IMG/VR virus record: IMGVR_UViG_2579778856_000005
Origin: a virus
Taxonomy: Duplodnaviria > Heunggongvirae > Uroviricota > Caudoviricetes
Length of the DNA: 33,871 nucleotides
Reading direction: 5' to 3' (one strand)
Shown: positions 1 through 8,216 of the stretch, in pieces
How positions within the stretch are numbered: position 1 is the stretch's first letter
Layout: the number at the start of each line of letters is the position of its first letter
Translations under genes and position numbers: made by a program
Notes under the pieces: generated by a model
What the model was told of the DNA's origin: nothing
Seen by the model: the letters and a program-made list of their open reading frames with translations, nothing else
Database searches by the model: none

Positions 1-1284
1 ATGGAATCCCTAACGTTACAACCCATCGCTCGTGTCGATGGCACTATTAATCTGCCCGGTTCCAAGAGCGTTTCTAACCGCGCTTTATTGCTGGCGGCAT
101 TAGCACACGGCAAAACAGTATTAACCAATCTGCTGGATAGCGATGACGTGCGCCATATGCTGAATGCATTAACAGCGTTAGGGGTAAGCTATACGCTTTC
201 AGCCGATCGTACGCGTTGCGAAATTATCGGTAACGGTGGTCCATTACACGCAGAAAGTGCCCGGGAGTTGTTCCTCGGTAACGCCGGAACGGCAATGCGT
301 CCGCTGGCGGCAGCACTTTGCCTGGGTAGCAATGATATTGTACTGAGCGGTGAACCGCGAATGAAAGAACGCCCGATTGGTCATCTGGTGGATGCGCTGC
401 GCCAGGGCGGGGCGAAGATCACTTACCTGGAACAAGAAAATTATCCGCCATTGCGTTTACAGGGCGGCTTTACTGGCGGCAACGTTGATGTTGATGGCTC
501 CGTTTCCAGCCAGTTCCTCACCGCACTGTTAATGACTGCGCCTCTTGCGCCGGAAGATACGGTGATTCGTATTAAAGGCGATCTGGTTTCTAAACCTTAT
601 ATCGATATCACCCTCAATCTGATGAAGACGTTTGGTGTTGAAATTGAAAATCAGCACTATCAACAATTTGTCGTAAAAGGGGGGCAGTCTTACCAGTCTC
701 CGGGCACTTATTTGGTTGAAGGCGATGCATCTTCGGCTTCTTATTTCCTGGCAGCAGCAGCAATCAGAGGCGGCACTGTAAAAGTGACCGGCATTGGACG
801 CAACAGTATGCAGGGTGATATTCGCTTTGCTGATGTTCTGGAAAAAATGGGCGCGACCATTTGCTGGGGCGATGATTATATTTCCTGCACGCGTGGTGAA
901 CTGAACGCCATTGATATGGATATGAACCATATTCCCGATGCGGCGATGACCATTGCCACCGCGGCGTTATTTGCAAAAGGCACCACCACGCTGCGCAATA
1001 TCTATAACTGGCGTGTTAAAGAGACCGATCGCCTGTTTGCGATGGCAACAGAACTGCGTAAAGTCGGTGCGGAAGTCGAAGAGGGGCATGATTTCATTCG
1101 CATTACGCCACCGGAAAAACTGAAATTTGCTGAGATCGCCACTTATAATGATCACCGGATGGCGATGTGTTTCTCGCTGGTCGCATTATCAGATACGCCT
1201 GTGACGATTCTTGATCCAAAATGTACCGCTAAAACTTTTCCAGACTATTTCGAGCAATTGGCGCGGATAAGTCAACCCGGCTGA
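1..1284 (+). CDS. aroA: 3-phosphoshikimate 1-carboxyvinyltransferase (EPSP synthase), complete
   Basis: 427-aa ORF beginning [37 protein letters not shown] and ending [13 protein letters not shown]; recalled as near-identical to E. coli K-12 AroA over its full length. Not verified by search. Confidence 0.97.
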   Translation: MESLTLQPIARVDGTINLPGSKSVSNRALLLAALAHGKTVLTNLLDSDDVRHMLNALTALGVSYTLSADRTRCEIIGNGGPLHAESARELFLGNAGTAMRPLAAALCLGSNDIVLSGEPRMKERPIGHLVDALRQGGAKITYLEQENYPPLRLQGGFTGGNVDVDGSVSSQFLTALLMTAPLAPEDTVIRIKGDLVSKPYIDITLNLMKTFGVEIENQHYQQFVVKGGQSYQSPGTYLVEGDASSASYFLAAAAIRGGTVKVTGIGRNSMQGDIRFADVLEKMGATICWGDDYISCTRGELNAIDMDMNHIPDAAMTIATAALFAKGTTTLRNIYNWRVKETDRLFAMATELRKVGAEVEEGHDFIRITPPEKLKFAEIATYNDHRMAMCFSLVALSDTPVTILDPKCTAKTFPDYFEQLARISQPG

Positions 1285-1329
1285 ATGAATAACGGGCGAT
1301 AACATAGACAATCCTTTCTTTTCAAAGAC

Positions 1330-1357
1330 GTCGGCACATTGCCGGCGTTTTTTTTCG
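1330..1357 (+). terminator. Rho-independent terminator downstream of aroA
   Basis: GC-rich inverted repeat cggca-cat-tgccg followed by a run of eight T (gcgttttttttcgg), about 50 nt after the aroA stop. Confidence 0.55.
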
Positions 1358-1461
1358 GACCTTGTGGGGTATTTTTATTAATGGTAGCGTTAATTATCAA
1401 TGTAACTTGTTGATACATAATGTTTATATATAATTAATCAACGGATGATTCACATGAAGAA

Positions 1462-1537
1462 TGATGCGCCGCGCGATAAATGCACTCTATCTTGTGCGAT
1501 AAATGGCATCCACGCGGCGTTTCATTATTTGAAAAAG
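1462..1537. repeat. Putative prophage terminus with Mu R-end-like transposase-binding repeats
   Basis: TGATGCGCCGCGCGATAAATGCA matches about 17 of 22 positions of the recalled phage Mu right-end terminal sequence (TGAAGCGGCGCACGAAAAACGC). Further CGATAAATG and GCGTTTCATTATTTGAAAAAG motifs follow. Recall-based, not verified. Confidence 0.45.
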
Positions 1538-1539
1538 AA

Positions 1540-2112
1540 TTACATTTCAGGTTGCGTTATGACAGTCCCAACAGGGTGATAGCGGTAGATCGTTGACAGT
1601 CCAATATCATAGATAATTGCCAGCCGCTTTCTGTCATACCCTTTCTGGAGCAATCTTGCGATCTGCTCATGCTGCTCCTTCGTCAGTTTCGGGCGACGTC
1701 CTCCAACTCTTCCTTGTGCTCGCGCAGCAGCCAGTCCAGCCAGCGTGCGCTCAACTATCAGTTCACGCTCCATTTCTGCCAGTGCACCCATCATATGAAA
1801 AAAGAACCTTCCCATCGGAGTGCTGGTATCGATTGAATCCGTCAGACTGCGAAAATTGACACCTTTTGCGCGTAGCTCTTCTGTGAGAGCAATGAGGTGT
1901 TTCATTCTTCTACCCAACCGATCCAGCTTCCAGACCACCAATGTATCCCCTCTTTTAAGGCACTTTAAAGCGCGTTTCAGGCCTGGTCGTTCCGACTTGG
2001 TTCCGCTCATTTTGTCCTCAAAAATCTGTTCACATCCTGCGCACATTAATGCATTGCGTTGCAAATCTGTGTTTTGGTCATTTGTTGACACACGTATGTA
2101 GCCAATCAGCAT
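1540..2112 (-). CDS. Serine DNA invertase, Pin/Gin/Cin/Hin family
   Basis: 190 aa from the internal ATG (MLIGYIRVSTNDQNTDLQRNAL...), with the catalytic Ser in the YxRVST motif and a C-terminal HTH. Strongly resembles e14 Pin and Mu Gin as recalled. The track ORF extends 43 codons upstream without an obvious start signal; an AAGGGAG RBS precedes the ATG at 2112. Confidence 0.92.
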   Translation of the reverse strand: MLIGYIRVSTNDQNTDLQRNALMCAGCEQIFEDKMSGTKSERPGLKRALKCLKRGDTLVVWKLDRLGRRMKHLIALTEELRAKGVNFRSLTDSIDTSTPMGRFFFHMMGALAEMERELIVERTLAGLAAARAQGRVGGRRPKLTKEQHEQIARLLQKGYDRKRLAIIYDIGLSTIYRYHPVGTVITQPEM

Positions 2113-2168
2113 TAAAAATACTCCCTTTTGAGTGGTTAAAGTACTGAGATAATGTGGGGAGGATTTGA

Positions 2169-2193
2169 GAGATAAACGTTGGTTTGGGGGAAG
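2169..2193 (+). other. Crossover site A (gix/cix-like) in front of cassette 1
   Basis: AGATAAACG-TT-GGTTTGGGGGAAGG. The half-site on the complementary strand (TTCCCCCAAACC) fits the invertase half-site consensus TTnTCnnAAACC, with a 2-bp core TT. Confidence 0.6.
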
Positions 2194-2612
2194 GCTCTGC
2201 ATTGCCTGTTGGTGTGCCTGTTCCATGGCCCACCGCCACACCGCCAGCAGGCTGGTTAAAGTGCGACGGGCGCGCCTTTACAAAAGAACAATATCCTGTT
2301 CTGGCCAGAGTCTACCCGACCCTCCGTCTTCCCGATTTACGCGGTGAGTTTATCCGTGGATGGGACGACGGGCGAAAAGTGGATACAGGGCGCGATCTGC
2401 TTTCACGGCAGGATGGTACAAGTTTTTCTCATTACGCAGGTAATTTTGACATTGGGTCTGGTCATTCAATCAATAACTATGACCAAATCGTTGACAACCA
2501 ACCTGGATTCTCCCGTTTTTCATTTGCAGGTCCTTCGCGAGGCGATGGGGTTAATTATGTGACCATTCGTCCCCGTAACATTGCGTTTAATTACATCGTA
2601 AGGGCGGCATAG
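2184..2612 (+). CDS. Silent tail-fibre C-terminal cassette 1 (promoterless, no ATG; collar-like conserved block plus variable tip)
   Basis: Open frame starting inside the crossover site. Encodes GEGSALPVGVPVPWPTATPPAGWLKCDGRAF...LPDLRGEFIRGWDDGRKVDTGR, then a unique ~58-aa tip, then the conserved end RPRNIAFNYIVRAA. Confidence 0.75.
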   Translation: MGEGSALPVGVPVPWPTATPPAGWLKCDGRAFTKEQYPVLARVYPTLRLPDLRGEFIRGWDDGRKVDTGRDLLSRQDGTSFSHYAGNFDIGSGHSINNYDQIVDNQPGFSRFSFAGPSRGDGVNYVTIRPRNIAFNYIVRAA

Positions 2613-2633
2613 AAACGTTGGTTTAGGAGAAGG
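2608..2633 (+). other. Crossover site B in front of cassette 2
   Basis: CATAGAAACG-TT-GGTTTAGGAGAAGG; same architecture as site A, with the conserved half abutting the repeated coding block. Confidence 0.6.
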
Positions 2634-2652
2634 CTCGGCGCTACCCGTTGGT

Positions 2653-3126
2653 GTGCCTGTTCCGTGGCCCACCGCCACACCGCCAGCAGGCTGGTTAAAG
2701 TGCGACGGGCGCGCCTTTACAAAAGAACAATATCCTGTTCTGGCCAGAGTCTACCCGACCCTCCGTCTTCCCGATTTGCGCGGTGAGTTTATCCGTGGAT
2801 GGGACGACGGGCGCAAAGTTGATACGGGGCGTTCATTGCTAAGTGGTCAGGCTGCAACATTTATTCGTACAGCTTTGCAGGATTATTACGGTTACGATCT
2901 GAATACTAATGTCAAAGTAGGTATCGCTTTTGCTACTGCTGATTCTGTTATAACCGTTGGAAACCCAGCTAATCCTAAAGCAGGAAATAATAGCGATTAT
3001 GTTCCTGCATCAGCAGATAACTCTATAACGGGTATTCAAAGGACAGCGGAGGATAATTTTACCGGGGCATGGATATCAATGCGCCCCCGCAATGTTGCGT
3101 TTAATTACATCGTAAGGGCCGCATAA
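2653..3126 (+). CDS. Silent tail-fibre C-terminal cassette 2
   Basis: The frame is open from just after the cassette-1 stop through the site (..RNVGLGEGSALPVGVPVPWP..). Same conserved block, unique AT-rich ~82-aa tip, same C-terminal RPRNVAFNYIVRAA. No ATG or RBS. Confidence 0.75.
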   Translation: MPVPWPTATPPAGWLKCDGRAFTKEQYPVLARVYPTLRLPDLRGEFIRGWDDGRKVDTGRSLLSGQAATFIRTALQDYYGYDLNTNVKVGIAFATADSVITVGNPANPKAGNNSDYVPASADNSITGIQRTAEDNFTGAWISMRPRNVAFNYIVRAA

Positions 3127-3147
3127 AAACGTTGGTTTAGGAGAAGG
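3122..3147 (+). other. Crossover site C in front of cassette 3
   Basis: CATAAAAACG-TT-GGTTTAGGAGAAGG. Confidence 0.6.
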
Positions 3148-3166
3148 CTCGGCGCTACCCGTTGGT

Positions 3167-3598
3167 GTGCCTGTTCCGTGGCCCACCGCCACACCGCCAG
3201 CAGGCTGGTTAAAGTGCGACGGGCGCGCCTTTACAAAAGAACAATATCCTGTTCTGGTCAGAGTCTACCCGACCCTCCGTCTTCCCGATTTGCGCGGTGA
3301 GTTTATCCGTGGATGGGACGGTGGTCGCAAGGTTGATACCGGGCGTGCGCTACTTTCATTTCAGGAAGGGACTATCGTATCCGGTTTTGATGATAATGAT
3401 ACCGGAGATATCAGTTCGCTCGGCTCTACACAATACGGATTTGGTGACGCTTTAACCTCTAATCAACTGGGGGTCTTAAATGGCAAAAAGTGGATATTTG
3501 ATGCATCCTCTAAAGGTGCACAAAGATATGACTGGTGGGCTTATGTATCAGCTCGCCCCCGCAATATCGCATTTAACTATATCGTGAGGGCGGCGTGA
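3167..3598 (+). CDS. Silent tail-fibre C-terminal cassette 3
   Basis: Same conserved block, unique ~70-aa tip, C-terminal RPRNIAFNYIVRAA. Confidence 0.75.
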   Translation: MPVPWPTATPPAGWLKCDGRAFTKEQYPVLVRVYPTLRLPDLRGEFIRGWDGGRKVDTGRALLSFQEGTIVSGFDDNDTGDISSLGSTQYGFGDALTSNQLGVLNGKKWIFDASSKGAQRYDWWAYVSARPRNIAFNYIVRAA

Positions 3599-3604
3599 TA
3601 CCGT

Positions 3605-4219
3605 TCAGCCGGCAAGCGCCAGTGGCGCTTCCGGCCAGCTGATTTCAGGTGCCTTGCTGATATCCAGTGCGTTCAGCTCGTCGATATAATCCAGCACGGC
3701 GTTCAGTTTTGCCGTTTCTTCTGGTTTCAGACTGCGACCAGCACGCAGTTTGAGGTTGATAAGATCGACGGACGCCATCGCCTGTTTCACCCGTTGCTGG
3801 CGTTGCTGTCTGGCAACCTCCAGTTCTGCGGCTCGCTGCCGTTCAGTATCGGTTACCCACGCCTCACCGTTCCAGGTATCCCATGGCGTGGCTGGCTGTT
3901 TTGTGGTGGTGTCCGCCGGGTAATCACCCGGTTGGGTAATCAGAACGGGGTTACCGTTCTCCGTGCTGTATACCGTCTCGCCGCGGTGATCAGGCACATG
4001 CTCCCACCCGTTCAGCGTGGCAGTCCGGCAAACCACGTAACCCGAAATTGCTTCCGGCGGTGCATCGGCGCACGAATGTGCCGGAGTACCCACCCCAAGG
4101 GCGAGATACTCCACAGAGGATGAGGTGTATTCCCGGGTTTCCTCGTCATAGTGATATACAGTGATATCGCCCGCTACAGTGGCGATACCGTTTTCATCCA
4201 GAACTGCAGTGTTACTCAT
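3605..4219 (-). CDS. Tail fibre assembly protein (Tfa family)
   Basis: 204 aa immediately downstream of the fibre gene (TAATG overlap). GEAWV motif and C-terminal LNAVLDYIDELNALDISKAPEISWPEAP, typical of lambda Tfa / Mu U-type chaperones. Confidence 0.85.
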   Translation of the reverse strand: MSNTAVLDENGIATVAGDITVYHYDEETREYTSSSVEYLALGVGTPAHSCADAPPEAISGYVVCRTATLNGWEHVPDHRGETVYSTENGNPVLITQPGDYPADTTTKQPATPWDTWNGEAWVTDTERQRAAELEVARQQRQQRVKQAMASVDLINLKLRAGRSLKPEETAKLNAVLDYIDELNALDISKAPEISWPEAPLALAG

Positions 4220-5550
4220 TAAACTGCCCTCACAATGTAATTAAGTGCAATGCTACGGGGTCTGACAGTGATACCCTTCGCATACCCGCTTCTGATAGAG
4301 GTCAGAATAGTAGCCTGCATACCATTGTCTGACATTGCCACGACAGGATCGCTGAATGTTGTCCCGTCCGGCATTTTAAAGCTGCCCTCACGAAGGTCTG
4401 TAATGGAATCTTCATTGTTGAATCCCATGCCGACTATCCCCGAGGTTCCCGTAGTGTCCTGGTTATAATAATCCAGCATTGCTGTTCTTAACAGCGTTGC
4501 CCCTTGTGCGGACAGCAACTTACGTCCTGTATCAACTTTGCGCCCGTCGTCCCATCCACGGATAAACTCACCGCGTAAATCGGGAAGACGGAGGGTCGGG
4601 TAGACTCTGGCCAGAACAGGATATTGTTCTTTTGTAAAGGCGCGCCCGTCGCACTTTAACCAGCCTGCTGGCGGTGTGGCAGTGGGCCACGGAACAGGTA
4701 CACCAACGGGCAGCGCCGAGCCTTCCCCCAAACCAAGGTAATTGAGGACATCTTTTATACTGCCCTTAGCGATAATAGCGCGACCAATAGCTGTAAGGGT
4801 TGCCAGCTCTGCGCGGTCTGCTCCGGTAAAATAAGGCAACCGATCTGCTGCAGTGGCAAGTCCTGCCAGAGCAGTGAGCGTGGCATCTGCCGGTTGTTTT
4901 CCGTTTGCCAGATCGTATGCAGCCTTGACCGCTTTCGGTGTGGCGGCCAGTATTTCAGACGTGCTGTTGATGGCACTGCTCAATTGTACGGTGCCTTTTG
5001 CCGTCAGCGAGGCAGCAGGCACTCCCGTTATCTGACTCCACGGGTGAGTGTGGCTGACGGGCGCCTTGCCGGCTGCAAGGTCGTATGCAGCCTTGACCGC
5101 CTTCGGCGTGGCAGCCTCAGTTTCTGATTGACTGTCCGTGGCGCTGCTCAGTTGTACGGTGCCTTTTGCCGTCAGTGAAGCCGCAGGCACTCCCGTTATC
5201 TGACTCCACGGGTGAGTGTGGCTGGCAGGCGCCTTGCCGGCTGCCAGGTCGTATGCAGCCTTGACCGCTTTTGGTGTGGCGGCCAGCGTTTCAGAGGTGC
5301 TGTTGGTGGCACTGCTCAGTTGGGTGAACCCCTTAGCTGTCAGTGTCGCGTCCGGGTGGTTACGGGAACGTACGTGTTCAGCCAGTGACTGTGCGGCTTC
5401 CTCCGTTTTCTTCTTCAGCCATTTCGTCCTGTTTGCCAGTTGCCGGGGGGCTCGATTTGATATCCCGTCTGCACCACCCAGAACCGGATCTGATGTCTCC
5501 AGTTGATAGATATTTTCTTCCCACTTTTCTGTTTCATTCAGGTTTCCCAT
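4219..5550 (-). CDS. Tail fibre protein (currently expressed copy)
   Basis: 443 aa from the ATG at 5550 (GGGAG RBS). Shaft repeats (TAKGTVQLSSA..ETEAATPKAVKAAYDLA..SHTHPWSQITGVPA). The C-terminal third carries the same collar-like block as the three cassettes and ends RPRSIALNYIVRAV. Confidence 0.9.
   Translation of the reverse strand: MGNLNETEKWEENIYQLETSDPVLGGADGISNRAPRQLANRTKWLKKKTEEAAQSLAEHVRSRNHPDATLTAKGFTQLSSATNSTSETLAATPKAVKAAYDLAAGKAPASHTHPWSQITGVPAASLTAKGTVQLSSATDSQSETEAATPKAVKAAYDLAAGKAPVSHTHPWSQITGVPAASLTAKGTVQLSSAINSTSEILAATPKAVKAAYDLANGKQPADATLTALAGLATAADRLPYFTGADRAELATLTAIGRAIIAKGSIKDVLNYLGLGEGSALPVGVPVPWPTATPPAGWLKCDGRAFTKEQYPVLARVYPTLRLPDLRGEFIRGWDDGRKVDTGRKLLSAQGATLLRTAMLDYYNQDTTGTSGIVGMGFNNEDSITDLREGSFKMPDGTTFSDPVVAMSDNGMQATILTSIRSGYAKGITVRPRSIALNYIVRAV
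4716..4745 (-). other. Crossover site D inside the expressed fibre gene (inverted relative to A-C)
   Basis: Reverse complement reads AATTACC-TT-GGTTTGGGGGAAGG. The conserved half is identical to site A; the site spans codons N-Y-L-G-L-G-E-G at the constant/variable boundary. Confidence 0.6.
4880..5340. repeat. About 170-bp in-frame tandem repeats (three copies) in the tail-fibre shaft
   Basis: gtcgtatgcagccttgaccgc recurs at ~4920, ~5090 and ~5258; the protein motif TAKGTVQLSSA...AATPKAVKAAYDLAAGK..SHTHPWSQITGVPAASL is repeated. Confidence 0.6.
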
Positions 5551-5552
5551 AA

Positions 5553-6131
5553 TCAACTGCTCCCGTGGTTATAACTGCCATCATGGATGGCGGTATTGTT
5601 ATAGCGAATGGCCACAGACTGATACTCCAGGCTGGCCAGATGGCAGCGGGCCGGTGCAAATGCAGCGAGCGTCTGACGCAGCATCGCGGCCTGATCGTTA
5701 GTAATGGGCTGTTTCAGAATAACGCGATAAACCGCCCAGGCGGCTGCATCTCCATGAACAAACAGTCCGTTATAGCTGCGATTGCCGTCGTAACTGAGAC
5801 GACCTGTGCCTTCAATCAGATCCACTTCACCAAAGCCAAAACGGCGGATAACTTCCCGGATTGACCACGGCGTCCCTTTATACCGGTGCAGTTCGATGGC
5901 TGCTTTTATAAGCATGCGGCGAACATCGTCCGATTCCGCCAGCTCCCAGCCATCGCCAGACAGTGAGAACTGCTCGCCCAGCCATGGCAGCGCGGAACTG
6001 TCGACGATATCGACGAGAAAGACCATCAGTACGCTCAGGTCGATGTTATCCAGCCGCCCTGCCAGTCTTCCCAGCGTCCTGAGACTGATATCACCCTCAA
6101 GCGGTGGCGGGAGTTGTAATGGCTCAGTCAT
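5553..6131 (-). CDS. Baseplate/tail protein, P2 gpI-like (Mu gp48-like)
   Basis: 192 aa from an ATG overlapping the upstream stop; sits between the J-like gene and the tail fibre. Family assignment by position and recall. Confidence 0.7.
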   Translation of the reverse strand: MTEPLQLPPPLEGDISLRTLGRLAGRLDNIDLSVLMVFLVDIVDSSALPWLGEQFSLSGDGWELAESDDVRRMLIKAAIELHRYKGTPWSIREVIRRFGFGEVDLIEGTGRLSYDGNRSYNGLFVHGDAAAWAVYRVILKQPITNDQAAMLRQTLAAFAPARCHLASLEYQSVAIRYNNTAIHDGSYNHGSS

Positions 6132-7227
6132 CAGACACTCCACTCATGTTAAGTGTGATCGCCGTACAGTTTGCCCATTCGTTTTCTGCCACCACCCGCA
6201 GTGCCGGTGTCACCAGTTCAACCTGGTACACCCCGGAAACGGACAATGCACTGATAATCTGGCTGGGGACAATATCACGCCCCAGCGTGGCGGCACGTGA
6301 TGCCACCCAGTTCTGTATGGCGCTGTTAGCGGCATCTTTTACAGACCTGGCATCCTGATCACGATAGATCGTAATCCTGGCTTCAATGGTGTAATCCACC
6401 TTCACTGGTGTTTTAGCCCGCACTGTATCAGTGAGTGGCCTGACTTTCTCATCAGAGCAGAAACTCTCTACCAGCGTGAGAACACCGCCGTCCGGCAGAC
6501 CGGTACTGAGCAGCGGATACAGATCTACGGTCCCGGGAACCGGGGAAAGCACAGCAACATCGACAATGTTGGGATGGGCCTGCATGGCATGAAAGCGGTA
6601 TGCGCCACGGCTTCCGGCATTGGTGAATGACTCCGGGGCCAGCCTGATACGCTCCCGGAGCCTGTCATCGTCTTCCTGTTCTGAACCGCCGGAACTGGCC
6701 ATCAGATTGCTCACCAGCAGGTTAACGTTATCAATCTCATCGAGTAACTGACTGACCTGCGCAGGTTGCCAGCCGTTACCAGCGGTACCGGGTTCGGTAC
6801 AGGTGGACGTGACATTGACCAGCAGCAATCCGGCCTTCAGTACCACATCTGTATCGGTGGCAAAAATAACGCTGTCGGAAGCGCTGACGCGGGTGCCTGC
6901 CGGGATCAGCACATCAATGGCCAGTGCCTCATCTACGGAGAACTGGAGCGTGGTGGTGGCAGGCTGCGCGGCAAGACGGTATACACCGACCAGTTCACCG
7001 AGGTAATCAATCATCGGCTCACGGGCAAAGGCGACCAGATTCTGCTTTGCTGCCTCCTGTACCGCAACCCTGACCAGCATTTCGCGATAGGCCCACAGAT
7101 CAATCAGCAGACGTTCTGCCTGTGCCGGGTACAGCGTTTTGCCGGTATCCGCTTCATACTTCGCAATCATTTCTGCCGTGATTTTGTCGGCATCGCGTTC
7201 AATAAAATCGGGTTCTGTCAGCGCCAT
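6124..7227 (-). CDS. Baseplate J-like protein (Mu gp47 / P2 gpJ family)
   Basis: 367 aa; AGGAG RBS; classic position between the W-like and I-like genes. Confidence 0.85.
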   Translation of the reverse strand: MALTEPDFIERDADKITAEMIAKYEADTGKTLYPAQAERLLIDLWAYREMLVRVAVQEAAKQNLVAFAREPMIDYLGELVGVYRLAAQPATTTLQFSVDEALAIDVLIPAGTRVSASDSVIFATDTDVVLKAGLLLVNVTSTCTEPGTAGNGWQPAQVSQLLDEIDNVNLLVSNLMASSGGSEQEDDDRLRERIRLAPESFTNAGSRGAYRFHAMQAHPNIVDVAVLSPVPGTVDLYPLLSTGLPDGGVLTLVESFCSDEKVRPLTDTVRAKTPVKVDYTIEARITIYRDQDARSVKDAANSAIQNWVASRAATLGRDIVPSQIISALSVSGVYQVELVTPALRVVAENEWANCTAITLNMSGVSDD

Positions 7228-7565
7228 AGCAGCTCCTGAGTCCGGGTCTGTCCGTCTGAGCCTTTCCAGCTCACCCGGAGCGTAAGATGTTCGCCGTCGA
7301 CGGCGGGTTTAACTGACATAAGCTGGCAGCGGGGCTCCCAGCGCCGGATGGCATCGACGGATTCGCGCACCACATGCGGAATGGCCCGGTCTACAGGCCA
7401 GTCGATATAAAGATGCAGATTGCTGCCGAACTCCGGGCGATGCGGGTCGCTGCCGCGGGGAGTCCGCAGGATAATTTGAATCGCCTGCCGGATATCATCC
7501 AGCCCCCGGACAATTTCGCCGGGAGCCTGCAGGGCTGGTTGCCAGAATACTGAGGTTGTTTTCAT
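7218..7565 (-). CDS. Baseplate wedge protein, gpW/gp25-like (Mu gp46)
   Basis: 115 aa, the size and position of GPW/gp25 family proteins. Confidence 0.8.
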   Translation of the reverse strand: MKTTSVFWQPALQAPGEIVRGLDDIRQAIQIILRTPRGSDPHRPEFGSNLHLYIDWPVDRAIPHVVRESVDAIRRWEPRCQLMSVKPAVDGEHLTLRVSWKGSDGQTRTQELLWR

Positions 7566-7619
7566 GGGGGCAGTATTGCCCCCGTGCGGGAACGCTGATA
7601 TTAAAGGCGTTTAAAAAGC

Positions 7620-8216
7620 TCAGTGGGAGTGGTGGCTGGAGTTTTCGCCATCAGACAACATACTGCCCGTGGCATGGACATTCCCTTTAATCTCGATATT
7701 GCCATGGATGGTCGCGGTAACACCTTCACCACCAGAACCCGCCATGCCTCCTTCGTAAATCAGCTTACCCCTGACACGCAGATCTCCGGTAAGTTCGGTT
7801 TCCGGTGCGTCAATCGTGGCTTTCTGTGTTTTCAATACCACATCAGCACCACACTCAATGACAATATGCTCAATGCCGCCCCGGATGATCAGAGTGTGCG
7901 TCTTCCGGTTGTAGCTGTACTCTGCACCATCAGCAAACCGGGTTCCCCGGATATTTTTGTCACTGAACGGTGGTTTATCGACGTCTGAATACACCGCGCC
8001 CAGAATAACACCATCCTCGCCGTTGGCATCGAGCAGCACCTCAACCTGCTCCCCCACGTCAGGGAGCCAGTAATCTTTGTTATCCTGGGTATTGCGCTGC
8101 AGCACGTTAAGCCAGTTTGTGCGCAGGTTATCGCATTCAGGCAGACGAACGCGGGCCTGAACCCTGTCGGCATCAACGGCACTGACCGTACCGACCTGAC
8201 GAGTGACACCAGTCAT
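7620..8216 (-). CDS. Baseplate assembly / spike protein, gpV-like (Mu gp45)
   Basis: 198 aa with a Gly-rich C-terminus; ATGA overlap with the upstream gene. Confidence 0.8.
   Translation of the reverse strand: MTGVTRQVGTVSAVDADRVQARVRLPECDNLRTNWLNVLQRNTQDNKDYWLPDVGEQVEVLLDANGEDGVILGAVYSDVDKPPFSDKNIRGTRFADGAEYSYNRKTHTLIIRGGIEHIVIECGADVVLKTQKATIDAPETELTGDLRVRGKLIYEGGMAGSGGEGVTATIHGNIEIKGNVHATGSMLSDGENSSHHSH

Noticed and set aside
244-1155. Short ORFs within and antisense to aroA (244-435, 529-930, 764-976, 967-1155)
   Set aside because: Embedded in a highly conserved housekeeping gene; no independent signals.
1540-2241. N-terminal 43-codon extension of the invertase ORF in the track (MWRWAMEQ...)
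   Set aside because: Serine invertases of this family start at the conserved MLIGY motif; the internal ATG at 2112 has an RBS and the extension has none.
2184-3598. Possibility that the three repeated fibre segments form a diversity-generating retroelement target/template set
   Set aside because: No reverse transcriptase anywhere in the window, and the repeats carry invertase-type crossover sites next to an invertase gene; site-specific inversion is the better explanation.
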